Source of the DNA: a virus
Reading direction: 5' to 3' (one strand)
Length of the DNA: 64,000 nt
Virus record (IMG/VR): IMGVR_UViG_3300045988_086533
Span: 5,140 to 69,139 of that record
Position 1 is the stretch's first letter; the number at the start of each line of letters is the position of its first letter. The position numbers and the translations under genes were made by a program. The notes under the pieces are model-generated. The model was not told the DNA's origin. It made no database searches and saw only the letters and a program-made list of their open reading frames with translations. Below are positions 9,210 to 18,052 of this stretch, piece after piece.

Positions 9210-9901
9210 TGTTTAGTGAAAAGAATTTTAAAGTAACTTTGGTAAATAAAGATGAAGTGACACAATTTATAAAGAAACATGGTGAATTTGCTTGTGTATG
9301 TTATGATACACCAAAAGAACAAGCGGAAAAAGTAGGATTACACTGTTTAAAGAGTGGGCATTTAAGTGGCAGTAGACATTTATATTTTGTATTTGACTTA
9401 CAAAGAATACCACGTTTCACGATAGATCAACTAGTAAGACATGAAGTAGGCGTAGTAAAAAATGTGCAAAGTTTAAGATACGTTACAAAAGGTAAAATGG
9501 ATGTATATGCTGCACCCGACATAATAAAGGACCCATTACTAGTTAGGGACCATTATATGAGTGAAGAATATGCTGCAACTAGTTATCAGTTGACAGTCGA
9601 AAGGATGAGACAAAAGGGTATTAGTAAAGAGCGTGCAAACGAGATAGCAAGAACTTTTGTACCAATTGGAGTAGCGAGTGCTTGTAGCTTTGCAGTAAAC
9701 ATAGAAGGTCTTATACATTTAGCAAATGTAAGATTATGTAACAGAGCTGAATTACCGATACACTATTTAACACAACAAATGATAAAAGAAGTAATTGCAG
9801 TTGAGCCAAGATATGAAGAATTATTAGTTCCACAATGTAAAAAATTAGGGTACTGCCCAGAATTGAAAGGGTGTGGATTATATGAGCCGAAGAAAAAATA
9901 A
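9209..9901 (+). CDS. thyX: flavin-dependent thymidylate synthase
   Basis: ThyX signature RHEVGVVKNVQSLRY (RHR-x7-S-x-RY-like). Confidence 0.8.
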   Translation: MFSEKNFKVTLVNKDEVTQFIKKHGEFACVCYDTPKEQAEKVGLHCLKSGHLSGSRHLYFVFDLQRIPRFTIDQLVRHEVGVVKNVQSLRYVTKGKMDVYAAPDIIKDPLLVRDHYMSEEYAATSYQLTVERMRQKGISKERANEIARTFVPIGVASACSFAVNIEGLIHLANVRLCNRAELPIHYLTQQMIKEVIAVEPRYEELLVPQCKKLGYCPELKGCGLYEPKKK

Positions 9902-10079
9902 AAGTGATAGAGAATTAATAGCTGACCTAACAGATAGAGTAAAATTATTTTGTGATAGTATGTATGACGGAAAAACTAGGGGATGTAAAGATTGTCCCCT
10001 AGCACAATATGAAACTGCGGACTGTAGGTTAGCTTATATGCAGTATATATTAGAAAAAGGAGGTTCACATAATGAGTAA
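9882..10079 (+). CDS. hypothetical Cys-containing protein
   Basis: ATG at 9882 (track GTG at 9873). Overlaps the end of thyX. Confidence 0.45.
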   Translation: MSRRKNKSDRELIADLTDRVKLFCDSMYDGKTRGCKDCPLAQYETADCRLAYMQYILEKGGSHNE

Positions 10080-10224
10080 AAATACAATTATTGCTGACGC
10101 GGTAACAATGGGAGGAATAACAGCCTGTACTGTTATAGCTGGATTTTCATTACCTGTTAGTTTAGGAATTATTATAGCAACTGCATTAGGTTGTGGTTAC
10201 TTAACATATAAGGAGGAAAAATAA
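10072..10224 (+). CDS. small membrane protein (50 aa)
   Basis: Not in the track. AAAGGAGG SD. Hydrophobic core GGITACTVIAGFSLPVSLGIIIATALG. Confidence 0.45.
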   Translation: MSKNTIIADAVTMGGITACTVIAGFSLPVSLGIIIATALGCGYLTYKEEK

Positions 10225-10413
10225 TTGGATGAATATTATTACACTAATGAACAAATAGAAAGCAGGGTCTTAGCACCCTGCAATATTGAAAGGTTAAAAG
10301 AGCATAGACAATGTGAGTTTTGCCACTTATGCTTTGACTGCATTGTATATAAGGATAGAAATAAAATAAATTTATGTGAGTTTTTAGATAACTATTTAAA
10401 GGAGGAAAAATAA
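10225..10413 (+). CDS. hypothetical Cys-rich protein (TTG start)
   Basis: AAGGAGG lies 8 nt before the TTG. CEFCHLCFDC cluster. Confidence 0.45.
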   Translation: MDEYYYTNEQIESRVLAPCNIERLKEHRQCEFCHLCFDCIVYKDRNKINLCEFLDNYLKEEK

Positions 10414-10414
10414 T

Positions 10415-10657
10415 ATGGAAATAAAAAAGAAGAATTACCCTAAAGGGAATTTGGCTACTAGTGGAGATATAATCATAGATGGAGATAGTTATTTATTGAT
10501 AGGTTGGGATTATGTTAAGCAAAAAGCCATTACTATAGATTTAAATGAAACTACTAACAATGTACGAATATATAATAGTGGTGATGAGATTAGAGATAAA
10601 TATAAAAATAATAGAATTATAAAAGCGTGTGATATAGTATTAAGTTTTAATGAATAG
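10415..10657 (+). CDS. hypothetical protein
   Basis: AAAGGAGG SD. 80 aa. Confidence 0.5.
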   Translation: MEIKKKNYPKGNLATSGDIIIDGDSYLLIGWDYVKQKAITIDLNETTNNVRIYNSGDEIRDKYKNNRIIKACDIVLSFNE

Positions 10658-10676
10658 TTTAAAGGAGGTAAATAGT

Positions 10677-11192
10677 ATGGAATATAAAATAGGTGATTTA
10701 GTTAAAATAAGAGAGAGTATACAAGCAGGGGAAAAATATGGAGAATGTAATGTTAATGAATCTATGCTAAAATTTAGAGGTAAAATTGATAACATAGTAG
10801 ATATAGATATGGACGGTGATTTATATTTAGCTGATAATAATAATTCTTTTGCATGGAATAAAGACATGGTAGAACCATTTATACCCGATAAGGGGGCAAA
10901 ACAAACTAAAATAACTAGACAAACTATATATGACTATCTACTAAATAATTTAGCTGAAACTTATAAAAATAAAAATAATGATTATGGCAATAGCGTTGCT
11001 GATACTTATGAAAAATTCGGTGATATATCATTCTTAGTAAGAATTACAGATAAATATAATAGATTAATGACATTATGTAATCCAAATGCTCCAGAGCAAA
11101 AAGTAAAGGACGAGAAGATTGATGATACTATATTAGATTTAGCTAATTATTGTTTACTATGGTTAGTGGAAAGAGAATATAAAAACCAATAA
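10677..11192 (+). CDS. two-domain protein, C-terminal DUF1599-like (nucleotide-modification-associated) domain
   Basis: ATG at 10677 after AAAGGAGG. KNNDYGNS..FGDISFLVRITDKYNRL pattern recalled from DUF1599. Confidence 0.45.
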   Translation: MEYKIGDLVKIRESIQAGEKYGECNVNESMLKFRGKIDNIVDIDMDGDLYLADNNNSFAWNKDMVEPFIPDKGAKQTKITRQTIYDYLLNNLAETYKNKNNDYGNSVADTYEKFGDISFLVRITDKYNRLMTLCNPNAPEQKVKDEKIDDTILDLANYCLLWLVEREYKNQ

Positions 11193-11204
11193 GGAGATGA
11201 TAGT

Positions 11205-11405
11205 ATGGCAAATGAGGTATATGAAAGATTGAATAAGTTAACAATGGATGAATTAATCAAGGTAATGACCATATTAAAGGATAATAAAGTAGATTGCTCA
11301 CTACGTACAGTAACAGTAAATAATGATACTGCTCATGTAAAATTTATGTTGGTAGTAGATGATGTGAACTTACTTATAGATACACTTGATAGCTTAGACT
11401 TATAG
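11205..11405 (+). CDS. hypothetical protein
   Basis: AAGGAG SD. Followed by a strong terminator. Confidence 0.5.
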   Translation: MANEVYERLNKLTMDELIKVMTILKDNKVDCSLRTVTVNNDTAHVKFMLVVDDVNLLIDTLDSLDL

Positions 11406-11414
11406 AGAATACAG

Positions 11415-11455
11415 TCCCACATAAAAAAAATGTGGGATTTTTTTATTTTTTTTTT
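11415..11455 (+). terminator. intrinsic terminator
   Basis: TCCCACAT / ATGTGGGA stem followed by a long T-run. Confidence 0.7.
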
Positions 11456-11465
11456 CAGAAAACAC

Positions 11466-11494
11466 TTGATTAATTATATAAGTAGATGTATAAT
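11466..11494 (+). promoter_or_regulatory. sigma-A (sigma-70)-type promoter
   Basis: TTGATT-17 nt-TATAAT immediately after a terminator. Spacer AATTATATAAGTA is shared with the promoters at 50256 and 61127. Confidence 0.6.
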
Positions 11495-11539
11495 TATGTT
11501 AATAAAAGATAAGAAAAAAAGAAAAGGAAGGTAGATATT

Positions 11540-11869
11540 ATGTTAAAGATAAACCAAATAGAAGGAAAAATATTTAAAGTAGAAGCTCAAATAAGAGAAG
11601 CTAAAAAACAAGAAAACATGAAAGTATTAGAAAGTTTAAGATTAGAAAGTGCTCAATTAAGACAAGAACTTGAAGATAGAAGAAGATTAGAACAAGAGAT
11701 ATATGTAATGATAAATGAATGTCAAGTAGTTTACAACAGTAAAGACGACAATAAAATAAATGCTTGGTTAGAAAATAATTACAAACCATTTAGATCATTT
11801 TGGATCAGTAAATTTGGAGAAGATGTATTTGGAGAAACTTGGAATAAAATAAATAGAGCTACCAAATAG
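11540..11869 (+). CDS. hypothetical coiled-coil protein (first gene after a sigma-A-type promoter)
   Basis: AAGGAAGG SD. Heptad-rich N-terminal half. Confidence 0.55.
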   Translation: MLKINQIEGKIFKVEAQIREAKKQENMKVLESLRLESAQLRQELEDRRRLEQEIYVMINECQVVYNSKDDNKINAWLENNYKPFRSFWISKFGEDVFGETWNKINRATK

Positions 11870-11897
11870 GTAGCTCCCAATAAGGGGGTTGGGGGAA

Positions 11898-12155
11898 ATG
11901 TTAGATATAAACTTCGGTAAAATGGAATTGTTGCACAGTTACCAAAAGCACGGACTTAATAAAACTAAAATATTAGAAGCATTAGAAACTGGTATAAAAG
12001 ATGTAGTACCAGGTAAACAAAGTCATAAATTAATATACACAATGAATTATACTACAATAGTAGTAGACAAGAATAATAAGTTCTTAACTGCTTACAAAAC
12101 AAGTGAGCAACAATATACTACTAAAAAAATAAAAGGTTTAAATGGAGGTAAATAA
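11898..12155 (+). CDS. hypothetical protein
   Basis: ATG at 11898 after a GGGGG-rich SD. Weak resemblance to small DUF4258-type toxins, which I do not consider supported. Confidence 0.45.
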   Translation: MLDINFGKMELLHSYQKHGLNKTKILEALETGIKDVVPGKQSHKLIYTMNYTTIVVDKNNKFLTAYKTSEQQYTTKKIKGLNGGK

Positions 12156-12156
12156 G

Positions 12157-12771
12157 ATGATGAAAAAATTAATGAGTTTAGGTTTAGTTGGTATTTTAAG
12201 TGCAAGTTTAATGGTTGGATGTAGTAGTAATAACGACAGTAAAGATGATGACACTGTAACAATTAAATACGTGGATGAAAATGGTAATGTTAAACAAGAA
12301 ACTGTAACTAAAGAGAGAGCAAAACAAATAGAAGAACAACAAAAGAAACAACCTAATGACACTACTAAAAAAGAACAACCTAAAAAAGAAACTAAAGACG
12401 ATCAAGACGATATGACCGAAGATGAAATGTATGAAAAGGGATTAATTAAAAAACATGGTGGACATTTAGAAGAAGAAGCTAAAGAACAAGAGAAAAAACA
12501 TGAACAAGAAGATCAAGAACAACAAGAACAACAAGGTAAATATCCTATTTGCTATGATGAAGATGGCACACAAATAAATGATGAATATGGTAACTATACA
12601 CCTGAATATGAACATAAAAAAGAGGAACAACAAAAACATAGACAATTTTATGATGAAGACGAAGATTACCCTAATAAGGACGTACATGATAGCTGCATAG
12701 ACCCTGAAGATACATGTAATACAGATAACGACGTTGAAGAATCACCAAGTGAACCAGTAGAAAATAATTAA
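12157..12771 (+). CDS. secreted lipoprotein with highly charged low-complexity body
   Basis: Signal peptide plus lipobox (MMKKLMSLGLVGILSASLMVG-C). E/K/D/Q-rich remainder. Confidence 0.65.
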   Translation: MMKKLMSLGLVGILSASLMVGCSSNNDSKDDDTVTIKYVDENGNVKQETVTKERAKQIEEQQKKQPNDTTKKEQPKKETKDDQDDMTEDEMYEKGLIKKHGGHLEEEAKEQEKKHEQEDQEQQEQQGKYPICYDEDGTQINDEYGNYTPEYEHKKEEQQKHRQFYDEDEDYPNKDVHDSCIDPEDTCNTDNDVEESPSEPVENN

Positions 12772-12778
12772 ATATGTA

Positions 12779-12813
12779 CTTAGTAAATACAACATTATTT
12801 CTATACTATATAT
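12779..12813 (+). promoter_or_regulatory. phage-specific promoter motif, copy 4
   Basis: CTTAGTAAA-N14-TATACTATATAT. Precedes 12853. Confidence 0.5.
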
Positions 12814-12852
12814 AAGTAAATAAATGAAGGAAATAACGGGAGGTACAAATAT

Positions 12853-13086
12853 ATGATTAAAGTTAAAAGTAAATTAAAACCAGTTAATGGAAAGGTTCAA
12901 GCATTTGTAAAAATGAAAGTAACACCACATCAAGAACCATTAGTATCACAATATGAATTAGTAGCCCTATTAATGGGCTACAGGGATGTAGTCTTAAAAG
13001 ACTATACAGATTTTGCAGCAGTACAACACATTAAAGAAGCAGTAGAAGCAATGGAGAAGGAACTAAATAGTAAGGGGGATAAATAA
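12853..13086 (+). CDS. hypothetical protein
   Basis: GGGAGG SD. 77 aa. Confidence 0.5.
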   Translation: MIKVKSKLKPVNGKVQAFVKMKVTPHQEPLVSQYELVALLMGYRDVVLKDYTDFAAVQHIKEAVEAMEKELNSKGDK

Positions 13087-13244
13087 TGAAATATAGAGTA
13101 AGGGTAATAAACAAGAATAATGGCATGAACTGTTTTATATATCGTGATGTTACATTAGAAAATTTAAACTACATATTACAAAGTTTAAGTACTTTGAATA
13201 CTAATATATATTTTATAGAAGTTAAAAATGAGGAGGAGAAATAA
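13086..13244 (+). CDS. hypothetical protein (52 aa)
   Basis: Not in the track. AAGGGGGA SD. Start overlaps the upstream stop (ATAATG). Confidence 0.4.
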   Translation: MKYRVRVINKNNGMNCFIYRDVTLENLNYILQSLSTLNTNIYFIEVKNEEEK

Positions 13245-13245
13245 T

Positions 13246-13797
13246 ATGATTAAAATAACAGTGGATACTAAAGATGGAGTACAAATAGTGAATAAGGGGG
13301 CATTAGTAAAAGGTGAACTACAAGATTTATTATTTGAACTAACTGCATTACAATCTACAGTAATAAATGCTATTGTAGAGAAATATAAAAATGAATTAAG
13401 CCCGGGTGTTAATACATTAAATGCTAAGTTTGACATGATAGACACAATAGCCCAAACAACAAAAGTAGCTATAGAATGTAATCATAAATATACTGACGAT
13501 ACAACAACTACAGTACAACATATAAAACCACCACAAGAGGAGCCAAAAGTGGCGGCGGAAGAAATAACTGTAAATGATATTATAAAAGGAGGATTAGGAA
13601 TAGATATGGATAAATTAACATGGGAAATATATGCAACAAATGAATTAATAGAAAAATGGTGGCCAGTAATGAATGATCATATAATGACACAAGAAGAAAT
13701 GAAACAACTACAAAAAGAAGCAAAACAAGTAGGAATAGATATGGACAATTTACTTAATGCTATGATAGATAAATATGAAAAGATGGAGGATAAATAA
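13246..13797 (+). CDS. hypothetical protein
   Basis: ATG at 13246 after GAGGAGGAG. N-terminus is paralogous to the next gene. Confidence 0.55.
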   Translation: MIKITVDTKDGVQIVNKGALVKGELQDLLFELTALQSTVINAIVEKYKNELSPGVNTLNAKFDMIDTIAQTTKVAIECNHKYTDDTTTTVQHIKPPQEEPKVAAEEITVNDIIKGGLGIDMDKLTWEIYATNELIEKWWPVMNDHIMTQEEMKQLQKEAKQVGIDMDNLLNAMIDKYEKMEDK

Positions 13798-13798
13798 T

Positions 13799-13996
13799 AT
13801 GATAAAAATTAAGAACGATAAGATAGTACTAAAAGGTGATCCAATTAAACTAATGGAAGAAGCAACACTAGTAGTATTAGAAGTAATAGAAGCATTAGTA
13901 GAAAAGGAACACTTAGAACCTAATAAGATACCAGAGGTAATTGATGCATTAACAAAAGAAGTAATTACACAAACTGAACATTTAACAACTAAATAA
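13799..13996 (+). CDS. hypothetical protein (short paralog of 13246..13797 N-terminus)
   Basis: ATG at 13799 after GGAGGA. Both proteins begin MIKI..D..G and share ..VI.A.VEK. Confidence 0.5.
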   Translation: MIKIKNDKIVLKGDPIKLMEEATLVVLEVIEALVEKEHLEPNKIPEVIDALTKEVITQTEHLTTK

Positions 13997-14005
13997 CAAT
14001 CAAAT

Positions 14006-14039
14006 AGAGTGGTTAATAGTACATTAATCACTCTTTTTT
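14006..14039 (+). terminator. intrinsic terminator
   Basis: 12-bp stem AGAGTGGTTAAT / ATTAATCACTCT (one G-U pair) followed by TTTTTT. Confidence 0.65.
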
Positions 14040-14180
14040 AATACAAATAGTACAATAAACCTATATAATTAAGTCCTAAATGATTATTAATTGTACTAAA
14101 ATAAGTCTTAAAATAGCAATTCTTACATTAATAATTACTAAGAATAACTAATATAAATTTGTGATAGGAGGATGGTCCAA

Positions 14181-14489
14181 ATGAAAAAAGTATTTGCTAA
14201 GAAATATATGGTAGTATTCCAAAGAGAGGAACATGATGAATTTGTAGTATATAATACGAAGAAGGAGTGGGATGAAGGACATACACACATACACAGTTAT
14301 AAACAAGCAATGTACTTAGTTGATTGCATAATAAACAATAAGGTACCAAAGAAAGTTAATAAATACTTTTTAGTAAGCCTTGTAAGATTGAGTAATAGTA
14401 AGAAATATAAAGAGCAAATACAAAGGAGAATTGATGGGGAGGTAGAGATAAAACATTACCACAATACTCCAAAGCATTTTAGAAAGTAG
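14181..14489 (+). CDS. hypothetical protein upstream of the terminase genes
   Basis: ATG at 14181 is 9 nt after AGGAGG. Confidence 0.5.
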   Translation: MKKVFAKKYMVVFQREEHDEFVVYNTKKEWDEGHTHIHSYKQAMYLVDCIINNKVPKKVNKYFLVSLVRLSNSKKYKEQIQRRIDGEVEIKHYHNTPKHFRK

Positions 14490-14497
14490 GTGATTAG

Positions 14498-15061
14498 ATG
14501 GCAAGAAAAGCAAAACTAACAGGAGATGAGATTGACCAATTATTTTTAGACTATTGTGCTAATATGACCCATAAGCAATTGTGCGACAAATGGAATATTA
14601 GTAACAGTACATTAACAAAGTTAATACATAGTGAAGGTTGGGCGGAAAAAAGGAAAGCTACAAAACAACTAGCACTAGATAAATGCCAGGCAGTGTATGT
14701 AGATGCTAATAAAGAATTAGTAGATAGATATTACCAAGCAGGATATAAGCTACTATGTTTATGGGAGCAATCAATGGCAAAGAATAGTAGCAGCATCCTG
14801 GATAGAGAAGGTAAGATATCTCACTTTAAATTAGCTCAAGCTATACAGAATATGGTAGCTATTAAGACATTCCTAGATGAATGTACTGGTACTATTCCAT
14901 TTAAAGAAGCAATGGAATTAAAAATGAAATATGAACAAATGGAACTTAAAAAAGCTATTGCAGGACTTGGTGGTGATGAAAGCGTACAAGACGACTTTGT
15001 GGCAATATTAGCAGACTCTTTAAAACGTATCAATGAAGGTGATGACTATGAGCAAGATTAA
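14498..15061 (+). CDS. terS: terminase small subunit (putative)
   Basis: Position directly upstream of TerL. N-terminal HTH-like segment (THKQLCDKWNISNSTLTKLI). Confidence 0.5.
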   Translation: MARKAKLTGDEIDQLFLDYCANMTHKQLCDKWNISNSTLTKLIHSEGWAEKRKATKQLALDKCQAVYVDANKELVDRYYQAGYKLLCLWEQSMAKNSSSILDREGKISHFKLAQAIQNMVAIKTFLDECTGTIPFKEAMELKMKYEQMELKKAIAGLGGDESVQDDFVAILADSLKRINEGDDYEQD

Positions 15062-16397
15062 TAAGGTAGTACCATTTGGATGGAAACCATTTAGCTCAAA
15101 ACAAATACAAGTATTATCTTGGTGGTTGGACCCTAAGTATAAAAATAATACTGCATTGATATGTGATGGAGCAGTACGTAGTGGTAAAACAGTTTGTATG
15201 AGTTTTAGTTATATTAACTGGGCCACAGAGAGATATAATGGTATGAACTTTGCACTGTGTGGTAAGACAATAGCCTCTTGTAGACGTAATGTTGTACAAC
15301 CATTAAAACAGATGCTGCTAAGTAGAGGCTACATGGTGCATGACAATAGAAGTGAGAACCTATTAACTATTAGTAGAACATGGAAAACAAAGAATGGCAA
15401 TATTAGAAAAGCAATAAACTACTTTTATATATTCGGTGGAAAGGATGAGAGTTCACAAGACCTAATACAGGGGATAACATTAGCAGGAGTATTCTTTGAT
15501 GAGGTAGCTTTAATGCCACAATCATTTGTAAATCAAGCTACTGCTCGTTGTTCTGTAACAGGAGCTAAGTTCTGGTTTAACTGTAACCCTGATAGTCCTT
15601 TCCACTGGTTTAATCAGGAGTGGATCCAGAAGTGCGAACAAAGAAAGGCCTTACATATACACTTCACAATGGAAGATAATTTAAGTCTAAGCCAAGAGGT
15701 AATAGAGAGATATAAATCAATGTATAGTGGTGTATTCTACAAACGATTTATATTAGGATTATGGGTAATGGCAGATGGAGTTATATATCCAATGTTTGAT
15801 CCAGATAGACATGCTAAAGAGTTAAGCCTTAACTGGACAAGAATATTTATTAGTGCTGACTTCGGGATACAAAATGCCACTACTTTTGGTATATTTGGTT
15901 ACTATGCTCCTACAAAGAGATATCACCAAATAGCAAGTTATTATCATAATGGTAGAAAAGAAGGACAAAAGACTGTTGCGGAGTACGTGACAGATTTAAT
16001 TGCATTTATACAGGAAAATAATGTAATGCCAGAATACATAACAGTTGACCCTAGTGCAGCTCCGTTAATAGTGGAGCTAAAGAAGAATAAGTTTTTCCAA
16101 AGACATCATATAAAAGTAGTTCCAGCTAAGAATAATGTGGAACTAGGAATACAACTAGTAAGTTATTTATTGAATCAAGATAAGTTTACATTAGATCCAA
16201 GTTGTAAAAGTGATATAGAAGAATTTGGGTCCTATTGTTGGGACGAAGATAAACTGGACAAAGGCGTGGAAGAAATATTAAAAATGAATGACCATGCTAT
16301 GGATAAAATACGTTATGCAGTAATGACAGATAGTATTAATTATAGAACGTTAGATGATGCGCTTAAAGTACTAAGCGGTAAAGGTGCAATATATTAA
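15048..16397 (+). CDS. terL: terminase large subunit
   Basis: Walker A CDGAVRSGKT and Walker B FFDEV, with a C-terminal nuclease-like half. Start at 15048 chosen on SD spacing. Confidence 0.85.
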   Translation: MSKINKVVPFGWKPFSSKQIQVLSWWLDPKYKNNTALICDGAVRSGKTVCMSFSYINWATERYNGMNFALCGKTIASCRRNVVQPLKQMLLSRGYMVHDNRSENLLTISRTWKTKNGNIRKAINYFYIFGGKDESSQDLIQGITLAGVFFDEVALMPQSFVNQATARCSVTGAKFWFNCNPDSPFHWFNQEWIQKCEQRKALHIHFTMEDNLSLSQEVIERYKSMYSGVFYKRFILGLWVMADGVIYPMFDPDRHAKELSLNWTRIFISADFGIQNATTFGIFGYYAPTKRYHQIASYYHNGRKEGQKTVAEYVTDLIAFIQENNVMPEYITVDPSAAPLIVELKKNKFFQRHHIKVVPAKNNVELGIQLVSYLLNQDKFTLDPSCKSDIEEFGSYCWDEDKLDKGVEEILKMNDHAMDKIRYAVMTDSINYRTLDDALKVLSGKGAIY

Positions 16398-16413
16398 AAG
16401 GAGGTAGGTAATA

Positions 16414-18006
16414 ATGAGTTTGTATAACAGTATAGATAGAGCATTAGTAGGACTATACAGTACAGATAGAAGATTCTTAGAAGAATTACAACAGGTTAAA
16501 TCGTACTACGAGTTCTACGAAGGTAGACCTGAACAATTAGAAGATGATTTAGAAGATTCAACTGGCCAACTATGGGCAGTAAAAGACAGAGATTATAGAC
16601 CAACAAGAGAGATAAGAAACTTAACTAAAAAGCTACTTAAAAAACAAGGAAGATTTATGACTAGTGTTCCACCTACAATAGTAGTAAAGAGCGTAGATGG
16701 CACTGATCCAACGTTGGTGGATGATAAACGAATTGCCTATGAAAAAATATTAGATGATGGAAAGTTTTGGAATAAGTTTAGTAAAGCATTTATGGATTGT
16801 GTCATTGGTAAACGTGTATTATTAGCATTAATGTTGGATGTAGATGACTATGGCAACCCTATAGACAATGCACCTATAAAGTTTAGATTTTATACAATGC
16901 CAGAATTCCTATATGAATATGACCCAAATGACTGTGACAAACTAATCAAAGTGCAAATAGCTTACCAAGATGAAAGCACAGTAGGTAAATTACAAAATGA
17001 GCAAAGATGGCATAAATGGATCTATGAAATGAGAGGTGAAGAGTGTTGGTGTACATACATGGTAGTAGATGGTACTAACACAATAGCCTATGCAGAAGTA
17101 CCAAACATACTTAATAGTAGTATTGCAGGAGAACAACAAGATGAACAACAAATGCAACAAGTGGAAATACGTAGTGAGTGGAATACTGGATTAAGCTGCA
17201 TACCATGTACAGTTATATTTAATGACGGACTTACAGGAGATATTAGAGGACGTAGTGATGTAAAAGATTTAATGGATATGCAAATGGATTATAATAAAAC
17301 TATTAGTGATTATAGAGACAGTTTAAGATTTGCGATGTTTGACCAAACGGCCTTTATTGATGCTGACAGTGCTTCTATTGAAGGAATAGTAGTGGCACCT
17401 GGGTCAATATTAGATATTAAAACAGATACATCTTTAGGAATGGGTAGTGCAAATGGTAGTTATAAACAAGCATCTATACAAAAGGTCGGTAGTGAATTTA
17501 CATTCCAAGGTGCAGCAGATGCTTATCTTGAGAGATTGAAAAAAGATATGTACGAATGTATGGAACAACCACTACCAGAATCACTAGTTAATGTAGCAAG
17601 TGGTAAAGCGTTACGTATGTTATATGATGACCTTATTACACGTTGTGAAGAAAAATGGTCCGCATGGGATGAAGCTATTCTATGGATGCTAAAATTAATT
17701 GAGGAAATCGTATTAAAGAGTAATTTATATCCAGATGACCCTTCTATCAATCAAGCTATGCAGTACAAAGTAAGTTTAGATTTAACTCATAACTATCCAA
17801 TTCCAGACGATGAGATTGATACTAAGACAATAGCAATAAAAGAAGTAGAAGCCAATGTACGTAGTAAACAAAGTTATATTAGAGAGTTTGGTAGTGCTGA
17901 GGAAGCTGATAAAGAATTTGATGAGATACTAGATGAGATGGATAAAGTTAATATGACACAAAATAGTATGGCTGATTTAAACGGATCAATTAGCAAAACT
18001 GAATAA
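16414..18006 (+). CDS. portal protein (SPP1 gp6-like)
   Basis: 530 aa directly after TerL. AAAGGAGG SD. Confidence 0.75.
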   Translation: MSLYNSIDRALVGLYSTDRRFLEELQQVKSYYEFYEGRPEQLEDDLEDSTGQLWAVKDRDYRPTREIRNLTKKLLKKQGRFMTSVPPTIVVKSVDGTDPTLVDDKRIAYEKILDDGKFWNKFSKAFMDCVIGKRVLLALMLDVDDYGNPIDNAPIKFRFYTMPEFLYEYDPNDCDKLIKVQIAYQDESTVGKLQNEQRWHKWIYEMRGEECWCTYMVVDGTNTIAYAEVPNILNSSIAGEQQDEQQMQQVEIRSEWNTGLSCIPCTVIFNDGLTGDIRGRSDVKDLMDMQMDYNKTISDYRDSLRFAMFDQTAFIDADSASIEGIVVAPGSILDIKTDTSLGMGSANGSYKQASIQKVGSEFTFQGAADAYLERLKKDMYECMEQPLPESLVNVASGKALRMLYDDLITRCEEKWSAWDEAILWMLKLIEEIVLKSNLYPDDPSINQAMQYKVSLDLTHNYPIPDDEIDTKTIAIKEVEANVRSKQSYIREFGSAEEADKEFDEILDEMDKVNMTQNSMADLNGSISKTE

Positions 18007-18023
18007 TTTTCTATACTATATAT
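17989..18023 (+). promoter_or_regulatory. phage-specific promoter motif, copy 5
   Basis: ATTAGCAAA-N14-TATACTATATAT. Overlaps the portal stop. Precedes 18053. Confidence 0.5.
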
Positions 18024-18052
18024 AGAATAAAAAATTTGGGAGGTTGATTGAT

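Noticed and set aside
11898-12155. A DUF4258/RelE-like toxin call for the 85-aa early protein.
   Set aside because: The call rests only on a loose pattern resemblance (..H..K..L...vv..n..i.T.Y). There is no adjacent antitoxin-like partner and no catalytic residues I can anchor.
14150-14157. TATAAAT(T) upstream of the packaging genes as a T4-type late promoter (TATAAATA).
   Set aside because: The match is imperfect and the word is expected many times by chance in a genome this AT-rich. It is kept only as part of the weaker AACTAATATA observation.
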